Origin: Polyangiaceae bacterium
Lineage (GTDB): Bacteria > Myxococcota_A > Polyangia > Polyangiales > Polyangiaceae
NCBI GenBank assembly: GCA_033763455.1
Contig: JANRKO010000019.1
Span: 179,084 to 243,083 of the forward strand
Direction: 5' to 3'
Length of the DNA: 64,000 bases
Shown: piece by piece, positions 1 through 8,262 of the stretch
How positions within the stretch are numbered: position 1 is the first letter of the stretch
Layout: each line of letters begins with the position of its first letter
Position numbers and translations under genes: made by a program
Notes under the pieces: model-generated
Told to the model about the DNA's origin: nothing
Seen by the model: the letters and a program-made list of their open reading frames with translations, nothing else
Databases searched by the model: none

Positions 1-2526
1 TCAGAACCGCCTCCGTCCACGGGCGGTGGCGAGTCCTACGACGAGATCTGGAGCGGCCCTGGCCACGCGAGGGCCCACCAGGCGCTCTTGCAGGAGCACC
101 TACTAGTTCAGCCCCTGGACGATCTGCTGAAGGTTCGCCAGGCGGTTGAGCGTCAGATGGCCGAGCAAGCTGTTACGTTCAACATCTTGGGCGTTCCCGG
201 AGGCGAAAACCGCTCTTGGGAGCTCGACCCAATCCCATGGGTGATTGAAAGTCGCGAATGGGCAGAGCTGTCGCGGAAGCTCGTACAACGAGCCCAGCTC
301 CTGGAAGCGTTCTTGGCGGACTGTTACGGCCCGCAACGCATGCTGCGCGAAGGTGTCATTCCGGCCCGCGTGGTCCTCGCCAATCCAGACTTTCTGCGAG
401 CGTGTCACGGCTGGCGCCCACTCGGAGAGAAGCGTCTATGGCTCTACGCTGCAGATCTCGCACGCGACAAAGCTGGTGATTTTCACGTATTTTCCGATCG
501 CGCCGCAGCACCTACAGGGGCGGGCTACGCGCTCGAAAATCGCCTGGTTTTGGGGCGGGTTTTAGGGGATTTGTTCCGTGAATACCGGGTCACGAAAGTT
601 CGGGGTTTCTTCGAAAAGCTGAAGGCGTGCGTAGCCGAGTTGGCTCCACCGGGCCGCCCCGATCCCCGTGCGATCGTGCTCACAACGGGCATGCAAGATG
701 AGAGTTCGTTCGAGCATGCCTACTTAGCTCGCTACCTCGGCTTTGATCTTATGGAGGGCCGAGATCTGAGCGTGAGAGACGGCAAAGTCTTCCTAAAGAC
801 AGTCGCCGGGCTCACCCAGATCGACGTGATTTTGCGCCGTGTTCCAGATGCCTTCTGTGATCCTGTCGAGCTTCGCGAAGATTCCATGATCGGCGTTCCC
901 GGCCTCGTGGAAGCCGCCCACGGAAAACACATTGGGTTGGCCAATCCGCTTGGGGCAAGCCTCATCGAATCACCTGCAATGAAAGCATTTCTCGGGCCCC
1001 TGTGCCAAGCCCTTCTGGGAGAGGATTTGCTGTTACCTTCGGTGGAGACTCACTATCTCGGGACGCCCGGATCGCTAGAATACGTACAATCCAAGCCTGA
1101 AGAATTCCTGATAAAACCAGCCTTTGCAGAGCGTCGCGGGGCGATTCGGCCTTTGGGCGAGTTGAGTATCTCCGAGCGAACAACGCTTTTAGATTCTGTG
1201 AAGGCGCGCCCTCACGACTTCGTAGCGGAACGCTGGCCCGCCTGCTCTCGCAGCCCCCTTCTCACTCGACACGGCCTCGGAGCAGGAAGGCTTACCCTGC
1301 GCTCATTTCTGTGCCGCGACAAAGAATCTTTCGCCGTGATGCCGGGGGGCTTCGCACGGCTTGATTCAACACCAGACGGCATCTTCCTCACCAACCGCCT
1401 TACGCGAACCTGCAAAGACGTTTGGATCCCTGAGGTGGGTACGACCTACGACATGAAGTTGCCGCAGATGCCCGATCAACGCATGTCGCTCCGACGTGGT
1501 GCCCAAGATCTACCAAGCCGCTTGGTGGACGATATTTTTTGGTTGGGGCGTTACATCGAACGCACCGATGCTTCAGCTCGTTTGATCCGCGCCGGTTTTG
1601 ACCGCCTAGGAATGGAAGCCGCTGGTGACGCGCAGCAAGTATTAGAAGCAATTCTTGAAGCGTTGAAGCTCAAGGGGCAGCTACCAGCGACGTTCGATGT
1701 GCGCGGTATGTTTTCGAAGCCCGATAATCGAGCCCTGGCGCAGGTGCTAAACGGCGCATTATTCGATCAAACCTCCGGCAGCAGCGTGTACGCCACGCTC
1801 GATCGTATCCACAAACTCATGATCGGCGTAAGAAGCCGCCTTTCCCGTGACGCGTGGCATACGTTGAGGCGTCTTACGAGTGCCCTGGATGCAACCCCAC
1901 TGCACCATTCGTCGCTCGGCACGGCCGAGATCTTGGAACTTCTGGACGAGCTTCTGGTACTGCTTTCTGCTGCCACCGGAGCCACGCTCGATAACATGGT
2001 GCGAGGCCACGCCTGGCTGTTTCTCGATCTCGGGCGCCGCCTTGAACGAGCGTCGGCTACCCTGGAACTGTTGGAAGCGATGCTGCCATCAGGGGCCACG
2101 CGCGCGCACATGGAATGCTTATTGGAAGTTACAGATAGCTTGCTCACGTATCGCGCCCGCTACGTTTCTAGCCTGCAAGTGGCCCCCATCGTTGACCTCC
2201 TACTTACAGACAATACCAATCCGCGCTCTGTGCTCTTTCAAGTCGAAACCATCGATCAGCACGTAGAAGCACTACCTAACCAAAGCGGCGCTCTGGTAAC
2301 ACGAGCCGAAAAGCGCGTGCTCACCCTCCGAACCCGCCTCGTCGCAGCAGATATCGAGGAAGCCACCGGGGGTCAAGGCGAAGGCCTGCGCCAACTTGTG
2401 AAAGACGCCGCCGAGCTTGTTTGGCAGCTCTCTGATGATATCGCCGCGACGTGGTTTTCACACGCAGCCCCCTCACGCTCGCTCACCATTCCCGCTTGGG
2501 TTAACGAACAACTCGAACGCCAGTGA
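1..2526 (+). CDS. Circularly permuted type 2 ATP-grasp protein fused to an alpha-E (DUF403-like) domain; 5' end lies before the window
   Basis: Frame 1 is open from base 1 (SEPPPSTGGGESYDEIW...). Family motifs: W-LDPIP, APTGAGYALENR, FEHAYLARYLG, DVILRRV...DPVELREDS-IGVPGL, VMPGG-AR, KDVW. Alpha-E part: LPSR-DDIFWLGRYIER, W-FLDLGRRLERA, NPRSVLFQ. Confidence 0.9.
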   Translation, partial: SEPPPSTGGGESYDEIWSGPGHARAHQALLQEHLLVQPLDDLLKVRQAVERQMAEQAVTFNILGVPGGENRSWELDPIPWVIESREWAELSRKLVQRAQLLEAFLADCYGPQRMLREGVIPARVVLANPDFLRACHGWRPLGEKRLWLYAADLARDKAGDFHVFSDRAAAPTGAGYALENRLVLGRVLGDLFREYRVTKVRGFFEKLKACVAELAPPGRPDPRAIVLTTGMQDESSFEHAYLARYLGFDLMEGRDLSVRDGKVFLKTVAGLTQIDVILRRVPDAFCDPVELREDSMIGVPGLVEAAHGKHIGLANPLGASLIESPAMKAFLGPLCQALLGEDLLLPSVETHYLGTPGSLEYVQSKPEEFLIKPAFAERRGAIRPLGELSISERTTLLDSVKARPHDFVAERWPACSRSPLLTRHGLGAGRLTLRSFLCRDKESFAVMPGGFARLDSTPDGIFLTNRLTRTCKDVWIPEVGTTYDMKLPQMPDQRMSLRRGAQDLPSRLVDDIFWLGRYIERTDASARLIRAGFDRLGMEAAGDAQQVLEAILEALKLKGQLPATFDVRGMFSKPDNRALAQVLNGALFDQTSGSSVYATLDRIHKLMIGVRSRLSRDAWHTLRRLTSALDATPLHHSSLGTAEILELLDELLVLLSAATGATLDNMVRGHAWLFLDLGRRLERASATLELLEAMLPSGATRAHMECLLEVTDSLLTYRARYVSSLQVAPIVDLLLTDNTNPRSVLFQVETIDQHVEALPNQSGALVTRAEKRVLTLRTRLVAADIEEATGGQGEGLRQLVKDAAELVWQLSDDIAATWFSHAAPSRSLTIPAWVNEQLERQ

Positions 2527-3392
2527 CGCTCTACCGCCTCCGCCACCTCACGCGCTACCAATACGAATCGCCGGTTGTGCACGCACACCACGTGGCGAGG
2601 ATGCGCCCCATGCCGTCGCCATTTCAGCGGGTTTTGTCCAGCGAAATCACGACCAGCCCGGAAGCAACCTTTACGGCGAGCGTGCGAGATTATTACGGCA
2701 ATCTACAAGATTTTTTCGAAATTCTGAAAGATCACGATGTGCTCGAGGTAACGGCCGTGAGTGAAGTAGAGCCGCTCCTCCGTCGGCCCGGGGGCGCCCT
2801 GGAAGGCTATGCGTTAACCTGGGAAGATGCTCGCCTCGTAGCCAGTGCGCCCTACACGGAGGTCGAGGATTTCGGGTACGATTCCCCTCTAGTGCGGGTC
2901 CACCCAGATCTTCGGGCGTATGCGGCTCCGAGCTTTCCACCTGGGCGCCGCATCGTCGAAGCCGTGAGCGACCTTAATCAGCGCATTTTTGATGAATTTG
3001 CATACGACCCTGCGGCCACAGATGTGACCACTCCGCTCGGAGAGGTTCTCCGTGAAAAGCGCGGCGTTTGCCAGGATTTTGCGCACCTTGCCATCGGCTG
3101 TTTGCGAAGCCTGGGCCTGCCTGCGCGCTACGTGTCCGGTTACCTTGAGACGGCGCCGCCTCCCGGCGAAGAACGCTTGGTGGGCGCTGATGCTTCACAC
3201 GCCTGGGCTGAAGTGCACCTGCCAGGGCTAGGGTGGCTTGAGTTTGACCCCACGAACGCTGTTCTGCCTTCAACGAAGCATATTCGCGTGGCTCACGGTC
3301 GCGACTTCAGTGACGTGAGTCCGCTTAAGGGTGTTGTCTTGGGCGGCGGGCGCCACACGCTCACTGTCGAAGTGGATATGGCGCCGATCTGA
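2523..3392 (+). CDS. Transglutaminase-like protein (N-terminal Bact_transglu_N domain plus core)
   Basis: H-T-Y-Y N-terminus; catalytic triad motifs GVCQDFAH, ARYVSGY, ASHAW, FDPTN; GRDFSDVSP. 4-bp overlap with the upstream gene. Confidence 0.93.
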   Translation: MTLYRLRHLTRYQYESPVVHAHHVARMRPMPSPFQRVLSSEITTSPEATFTASVRDYYGNLQDFFEILKDHDVLEVTAVSEVEPLLRRPGGALEGYALTWEDARLVASAPYTEVEDFGYDSPLVRVHPDLRAYAAPSFPPGRRIVEAVSDLNQRIFDEFAYDPAATDVTTPLGEVLREKRGVCQDFAHLAIGCLRSLGLPARYVSGYLETAPPPGEERLVGADASHAWAEVHLPGLGWLEFDPTNAVLPSTKHIRVAHGRDFSDVSPLKGVVLGGGRHTLTVEVDMAPI

Positions 3393-3509
3393 GTTGCTCT
3401 AAAGTGGTGCAACCCACACACACTCACCCACAGGTGCAACGAGCCGTGCTCCTTGCTGAAATGGCCAACTCAAGGTATACAGGCTGCTTCTACCCTCCGG
3501 TGTTTTCGC

Positions 3510-4586
3510 ATGCTTCTTAACAGAAATAGTGTGTTCTTGGTTGCTATTGGCGTAGCTTCGGCTTGTTCGCCGAATACCGGGAGCGCCCCTCCACGGGGGG
3601 GCGGTTTGCCAGAAGCAGGCGCTGGCCCCGCTTCTGGAGGCGCTCGTGCGACGGGTGGGAGCATCTCGACATTAGGGGGCTCTCCCAGCGTGGGCTCGGG
3701 TGGTGCTTCGCCGCTGGGAACTGGCGGCACATCGTCCGCCGGTGGCAGTGGTGGGTTAACGGCATCTGGCGGCACTGGCGGAACGAATTCGGGAGGTACT
3801 GCGACCGGCGGAACAACGAGCGGAACCGGCGGAGGAGCGACTGGGGGAACCAATACCGCTTCGGGCGGCTCCCCTAGTGTCTCGTGTCCGGCGCAAGGTA
3901 CGGGCGGGCTCGCGAGTCTTTCTACGGGGCTTATCGGCTATTGGAAGTTCGATGAGGCAGACACCAGCGGGGCAACTACCGCGGATGCCAGTGGCATGAA
4001 TTTTTCGGGTACCTACAGTGCTACCAAGCCTGCGCTCACTACGGCTGTGCCCCCTCTGTTGACCGGGAAAAGCATGAAGGCCATAGTATTTAATGGCACA
4101 AATGAGGTGAAGTTACCGGCAGGTTCGTTCGGTAACTGGAGCGCGGCCACAAGCTACTCGATTTCTGCCTGGGTCCAAGTGACGGCGTTGGATGGTGACT
4201 GGATGGGGATCATTGCAAACGAAGCAGCCGGCGCCACGACGTATTGTGGACTCTATATTGGCGGCGCCCAGAACAGCACTCAAAACGCCTTCCGATACCA
4301 AGGAAATGAAACAGGGTTCGGGGATCTGGTCCCAACGCCGGGCGTTTGGTACCACCTTGCGCTGGTTCAAGATGTGTCCGGGAACGCGCAAAGGCTGTAC
4401 GTGAATGGTCAGCCCGCGGGCACTGGCGAACTGAAAGACTGCGCCACCACGGGCGTGTTTCACTTTGGTTCGGTCGATGGTGCCGATACGCCCACTTTCT
4501 TCAACGGAAGCCTAGATGACGTACGTTTCTATAACCGCGCACTCATGCCAACCGAAGTTACCGCTCTAGCCTGCGGAGCTCAGTAG
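3510..4586 (+). CDS. LamG/concanavalin A-like jellyroll lipoprotein with a Gly/Thr/Ser-rich tether
   Basis: Lipobox-like VASAC after a hydrophobic stretch (ATG 3510); GGT-rich linker; GLIGYWKFDE, SISAWV, WYHLALV, LYVNG, FNGSLDDVRFYNRAL. Confidence 0.85.
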   Translation: MLLNRNSVFLVAIGVASACSPNTGSAPPRGGGLPEAGAGPASGGARATGGSISTLGGSPSVGSGGASPLGTGGTSSAGGSGGLTASGGTGGTNSGGTATGGTTSGTGGGATGGTNTASGGSPSVSCPAQGTGGLASLSTGLIGYWKFDEADTSGATTADASGMNFSGTYSATKPALTTAVPPLLTGKSMKAIVFNGTNEVKLPAGSFGNWSAATSYSISAWVQVTALDGDWMGIIANEAAGATTYCGLYIGGAQNSTQNAFRYQGNETGFGDLVPTPGVWYHLALVQDVSGNAQRLYVNGQPAGTGELKDCATTGVFHFGSVDGADTPTFFNGSLDDVRFYNRALMPTEVTALACGAQ

Positions 4587-4674
4587 CCGGCCCTGGGGAA
4601 CGCGGGGGATGTCGCTGGCGGCGAACTTGTTGGTGCGAAAGCGTGTTAATGTTATGTTGGTGTGTGGGGAAACG

Positions 4675-4822
4675 CACACCTTCCGCGCACACAACAGATG
4701 CTTGTCATGCTAAGGACATTTTAGCGAGCGAAAAGGGCACTCCGCCGTGTTGTGCACTCGCCTTTCGTGCGAGCAACAGATGCTTGTCATGCTAAGGACA
4801 TTTTTGGCGAGCAAAAGGGCTC
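4675..4822. repeat. Diverged tandem duplication (82-bp period) with a 31-bp identical core
   Basis: CAACAGATGCTTGTCATGCTAAGGACATTTT at 4692-4722 and 4774-4804; similarity extends on both sides. Confidence 0.9.
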
Positions 4823-4850
4823 CTGCCACGCTGTTTTGAGGGCCACACTT

Positions 4851-4882
4851 CCCTCACCCGCATTTGCCCTCACCCGCATTTG
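4851..4882. repeat. Exact 16-bp tandem duplication, part of the EGKCG-coding repeat tract
   Basis: CCCTCACCCGCATTTG at 4851-4866 and 4867-4882. Confidence 0.9.
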
Positions 4883-5229
4883 CCCTCGCCACACTTCCCC
4901 TCACCGCACTTGCCTTCTTTGCTTGGTTCGCCCTTTTTCTGGTCTTTGGCATCTGCAGTGCTTTTAGCTGCGGGTACTTCTTTTGCTGACGCACTCGCAG
5001 CCGGCATTGCGCCAGCACTAGGTTGAGGTGCCGGTGCTGACGCTTGAGTGTTAGCTTGTTTCGGCTCCGCGGGCTTTTGAGCTTCGGCGAGGGGTGCTGT
5101 GGCACTAGTACTTGGCTCAGGTTCCGGCTTTGGACGGGACTCTGCATCGCACGCTGTGGCGCCTACCAAGGCTAACGCGGCAAAAATGCTGTCTGCCGAA
5201 AGGGGACCTTTGCGTGGGGGAGAATACAT
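4870..5229 (-). CDS. HvfA-like (EGKCG-repeat) MNIO-type RiPP precursor, predicted lipoprotein, 119 aa
   Basis: ATG at 5229 preceded by AAAGGAG; FAALALVGATAC signal/lipobox; Ala/Pro/Lys-rich linker; C-terminus KEGKCGEGKCGEGKCG. Confidence 0.8.
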   Translation of the reverse strand: MYSPPRKGPLSADSIFAALALVGATACDAESRPKPEPEPSTSATAPLAEAQKPAEPKQANTQASAPAPQPSAGAMPAASASAKEVPAAKSTADAKDQKKGEPSKEGKCGEGKCGEGKCG

Positions 5230-5260
5230 GGCGGCTCCTTTGTGTAATGGCCGAATGTGA

Positions 5261-5302
5261 GCCCCGTTGGGCCCGAAGTGGGCCCCGTTGGGCCCGAAGT
5301 GG
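5261..5302. repeat. Perfect 21-bp tandem repeat (2 copies) in the divergent promoter region
   Basis: GCCCCGTTGGGCCCGAAGTGG at 5261-5281 and 5282-5302. Confidence 0.9.
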
Positions 5303-5398
5303 AGCTTGAGCGAAACTGTGGCGGGAACGCGTCCGGATTTGCTGTCTTCTCGACCAGCCGTCAAGCGCAGTGGCCATTTTCACCCCCGTCGGCTGTTC

Positions 5399-5427
5399 TT
5401 GACAAACCCGATGTGGGAATGCATATC
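5399..5427 (+). promoter_or_regulatory. Possible sigma70 promoter for the Rrf2-cys operon
   Basis: Perfect TTGACA at 5399-5404, 17-bp spacer, weak -10 CATATC, then 6 nt to GTG 5434. Confidence 0.35.
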
Positions 5428-5433
5428 GGAAGG

Positions 5434-5904
5434 GTGAAACTCTCGAATAAGGGCCGCTATGCTGTGCGGGCGCTGTTCGATATCGCGTTTTTCAACGGTG
5501 GGCAGCCCACTCAGGTGAAGGACATCGCGGAGCGGCAGCAAATTCCGCCGCGTTTCCTGGAGCAGATCTTTCAAGATCTCAAGCGCGCGGGCCTCGTAGG
5601 TTCGAAGCGGGGGCCTCAAGGGGGCTACAACTTGGCGCTAGGCGCCGGAGAGGTGCGCCTCGGGGACGTGGTGCGTGCGCTTGAGGGCCCTATCTCGCTC
5701 GGAGACCGTGAGTCCGAAGGAGGGGCCAACGCTGCCAAGGAGCCCGCGGGCAATTCCCGGCGGATCACCGAACAGATATTTGTGGATCTTTCGGCGCGCG
5801 TCGAAGCCTGTTTTGACGCAATCACTATTCAACACATCTGTGATCTTGCGGAAGCTGAAGGGCTTAGGCGCCCAGGAGCGCAACGTTATGTCTACGTCAT
5901 CTGA
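5434..5904 (+). CDS. Rrf2-family transcriptional regulator, CymR-like
   Basis: KLSNKGRYAVRALFDIA, IAERQQIPPRFLEQIF--LKRAGLVGSKRGPQGGY-L, VVRALEG. Lacks the IscR three-Cys cluster motif; ends YVYVI. Start GTG 5434 chosen by family alignment. Confidence 0.92.
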   Translation: MKLSNKGRYAVRALFDIAFFNGGQPTQVKDIAERQQIPPRFLEQIFQDLKRAGLVGSKRGPQGGYNLALGAGEVRLGDVVRALEGPISLGDRESEGGANAAKEPAGNSRRITEQIFVDLSARVEACFDAITIQHICDLAEAEGLRRPGAQRYVYVI

Positions 5905-6871
5905 GCGGAACGAGCCCGGCCGTCCTTCGCTTCCGTCGCACCGGTTGGTGTACCCGAGCGTTTTAGATTTGATCACAGATACGCCGCTTGTGGAGGTGCG
6001 CAAGTTGGCAACGGATGCACCGCGTGCACGCGTCTACGCCAAAATCGAGTCAGCAAATCCCGGTGGGTCGGTGAAGGATCGCATCTGCTTGGCCATGATT
6101 GAGCAGGCAGAGCGTGAAGGCTTGTTGGGCCCAGGTGGCGTCGTTATCGAGCCAACGAGCGGCAACACGGGAATTGGGCTGGCGCTAGTGTGTGCAAGCC
6201 GAGGTTATCGCTGCGTTTTGACCATGCCGGAGAGCATGAGTCTTGAGCGCCGGCAGCTGCTGCAATCCTTTGGTGCGGAGGTTGTTCTGACGCCCGAATC
6301 GGAGCAGATGGAGGGAGCTATCGCGAAGGCGCGAGAGCTGGCCCTGGAAATCAAAGGTGCTTTCATGCCGCACCAGTTCGACAACCCGGCGAACCCAGCC
6401 GTGCATGAGCGCACCACCGGCCCCGAGATCTTAGCCGCAATGCAGGGAGATCCGATCCATGCTTTTGTCGCTGCGGTGGGTACGGGCGGTACAGTGAGTG
6501 GTGTGGGTCGCGTGTTGCGCAAGGCGTACCCCAGTTGTCGGGTGATCGCCGTCGAGCCGGAATCTTGCGCCACCATTTCCAAGGGCGAACGTGGGCCGTC
6601 TAAGATCCAGGGGATCGGCGCCGGTTTTGTCCCCGGCAACTACGATGCAAGCATCGTGACTGAGGTGCGCACGGTGGGTGATCGCGTGGCGTACGATACA
6701 AAAGTGTCGCTAGCAAAACGCGAAGGTTTACTCGTGGGGATCAGCGCCGGAGCGAATGTGGCTGTTGCTTTGCAAGTTGCCCGTGAGCTTGGCCCAAGCA
6801 AAAATGTGCTTACCGTGCTGTGTGACACGGGCGAAAGATATTTCAGTTTAGACGAGTACTTCCGTGACTGA
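5888..6871 (+). CDS. cysK: Cysteine synthase A (O-acetylserine sulfhydrylase)
   Basis: NPGGSVKDR (PLP lysine), EPTSGNTGIGLA, MPESMSLERR, QFDNPANP, GTGGTVSG, KIQGIGAGFVP, DTGERYFS. Confidence 0.93.
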   Translation: MSTSSERNEPGRPSLPSHRLVYPSVLDLITDTPLVEVRKLATDAPRARVYAKIESANPGGSVKDRICLAMIEQAEREGLLGPGGVVIEPTSGNTGIGLALVCASRGYRCVLTMPESMSLERRQLLQSFGAEVVLTPESEQMEGAIAKARELALEIKGAFMPHQFDNPANPAVHERTTGPEILAAMQGDPIHAFVAAVGTGGTVSGVGRVLRKAYPSCRVIAVEPESCATISKGERGPSKIQGIGAGFVPGNYDASIVTEVRTVGDRVAYDTKVSLAKREGLLVGISAGANVAVALQVARELGPSKNVLTVLCDTGERYFSLDEYFRD

Positions 6872-7616
6872 TCCCGAGCGCCCTTTTGCCACGCATTCCG
6901 TGCTCGTGGTGGGTGTCGGTGGCCTTGGGTGTCCTGCCGCGTTGGCGCTTGTGCGGGCTGGCGTGGGGCGCGTGGTTCTGGCGGATGACGACGAGGTCGA
7001 CATTACGAATCTGCACCGGCAGATTTTGTTCGAAGAGTCAGACGTCGGGACCCCGAAGCTGGACGCGGCACACAGGGCTCTTCAGAGGCACCTGGAAGGC
7101 TTTCAGAGGGTCGAGCTCGTGCGCTCACGGCTCTTGCCAGAAAATGCGCTCGCGTTGCTCAGCGGGGTCGACGTGGTTGTCGAGGGCGCCGACAACTTCG
7201 CCACGAAATTTCTCGCGGCAGATGCCGCGCACTTGGCAAGCGTACCGGTGGTGCACGGCGCGGCAATTCGCTTCCAAGGCACCGTACTGGCCGTGCCTCC
7301 GGGGGGGCAGCCTTGCTATCGCTGCTTGTTTGAAGACGTTCCAGGAGCGGAAGCCGGCCTTAATTGCGCGCAGGCGGGGGTGATGGGGCCTGTGGTGGGG
7401 GTGATAGGAGCCCTGATGGCGGACAACGCTCTTCGGATATTGGCCCAGGATATGAGCGTTTTTGGCAAAATCGCTACCTTCGACGGAAAACGCGATCGTC
7501 TTCGATTTGTCCCGCTGACGCCCAATCCCAAGTGCCCGCTGTGTGGGCCCACGCAAAGCATTGGCGATGTCCGCGAGTCGCGGTACATCGACGGCCTCTC
7601 TTTTGTAACTGCCTGA
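6864..7616 (+). CDS. MoeB/ThiF-family E1-like adenylyltransferase, without a rhodanese domain
   Basis: [24 protein letters not shown], Zn motifs CYRC and CPLC, putative catalytic Cys in [10 protein letters not shown]. Confidence 0.9.
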   Translation: MTDPERPFATHSVLVVGVGGLGCPAALALVRAGVGRVVLADDDEVDITNLHRQILFEESDVGTPKLDAAHRALQRHLEGFQRVELVRSRLLPENALALLSGVDVVVEGADNFATKFLAADAAHLASVPVVHGAAIRFQGTVLAVPPGGQPCYRCLFEDVPGAEAGLNCAQAGVMGPVVGVIGALMADNALRILAQDMSVFGKIATFDGKRDRLRFVPLTPNPKCPLCGPTQSIGDVRESRYIDGLSFVTA

Positions 7617-7627
7617 AAGGAATAGTC

Positions 7628-7897
7628 ATGGATGTGATCGTTCGAATCCCAACCCCTCTTCGTACCCTCACCGGTGGTGAAGAACAGGTCAAAGTTGCCG
7701 GCGGTACAGTGCAGCAGGTTATCGATGCCATGGAAGCACTCCACCCAGGCATCAAAGATCGTTTGCTGGATGAAAAGGGCGTTCGCCGCTTCATCAATAT
7801 CTACGTGGGCGAAGAAGATATTCGGTTTCTGGATGGCCTAGCCACCCCCACAGCTGGCCAAGAGATCAGCATTGTTCCCGCCATCGCTGGCGGCTGA
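7628..7897 (+). CDS. Ubiquitin-like sulfur carrier (MoaD/ThiS/CysO family)
   Basis: 89 aa: [31 protein letters not shown]-terminal PAIAGG; AAAGGA upstream. Confidence 0.92.
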   Translation: MDVIVRIPTPLRTLTGGEEQVKVAGGTVQQVIDAMEALHPGIKDRLLDEKGVRRFINIYVGEEDIRFLDGLATPTAGQEISIVPAIAGG

Positions 7898-7917
7898 TCC
7901 CTTGCTGCTCCGGCACT

Positions 7918-8262
7918 TTGAATGCGCTCAACCCTCTGTTTTATCCTCGGTGGTTTGTGAGTTCCGACGCACGCTTTCGTCCGCAGGTGCGCCTGGCCGA
8001 AGTGGGCCACTTGGGTATGCAGAAGATCCTGGCAGCTCGCTTTAGGGTGCGGGAGCAGCCGGGCGCCTGGGTGGAGCAGGCGTACCTGGAGCGAGCAGGA
8101 GGCGCCGTGGAATCAGTAAGAGGCCAAGGCACCACCACCCCGCCCCAGGAGCCTGAATTTGCGCACCGCACGGCGTTTCACTATGCGGCTGCCGAAGAGA
8201 TTGCCGGCGGAAGCTGGCGCGCCCTCCGCCAGTTAAGACAAACCTTGGGGATCTTGCCATGA
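7918..8262 (+). CDS. Short, degenerate ThiF/MoeB-like protein (N-terminal fragment-like)
   Basis: RFRPQVRLAEVGHLGMQKILAA resembles the E1 N-terminal RYSRQ--L-E-G--GQ-KL motif; YLERAG follows, but there is no GxGxxG. Overlaps the next gene by 4 bp. Start may be GTG 7957. Confidence 0.6.
   Translation: MNALNPLFYPRWFVSSDARFRPQVRLAEVGHLGMQKILAARFRVREQPGAWVEQAYLERAGGAVESVRGQGTTTPPQEPEFAHRTAFHYAAAEEIAGGSWRALRQLRQTLGILP

Noticed and set aside
4692..4804. Two identical 31-bp repeats read as a mini CRISPR array
   Set aside because: Only two copies; similarity extends into the supposed spacer and flanks; no cas genes in the window.
4870..4872. Precursor TGA read as selenocysteine
   Set aside because: The TGA does not fall at a Cys position, and the downstream repeats are in other frames.
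5230..5887. Long N-terminal extensions in the ORF track (5364, 5257 and 5675 starts)
   Set aside because: They overlap neighbouring genes or the tandem repeat; RBS position and family motifs favour 5229, 5434 and 5888.
7640..7660. GTTCGAATCCC resembling a tRNA T-arm
   Set aside because: It lies inside the sulfur-carrier CDS and has no cloverleaf around it.
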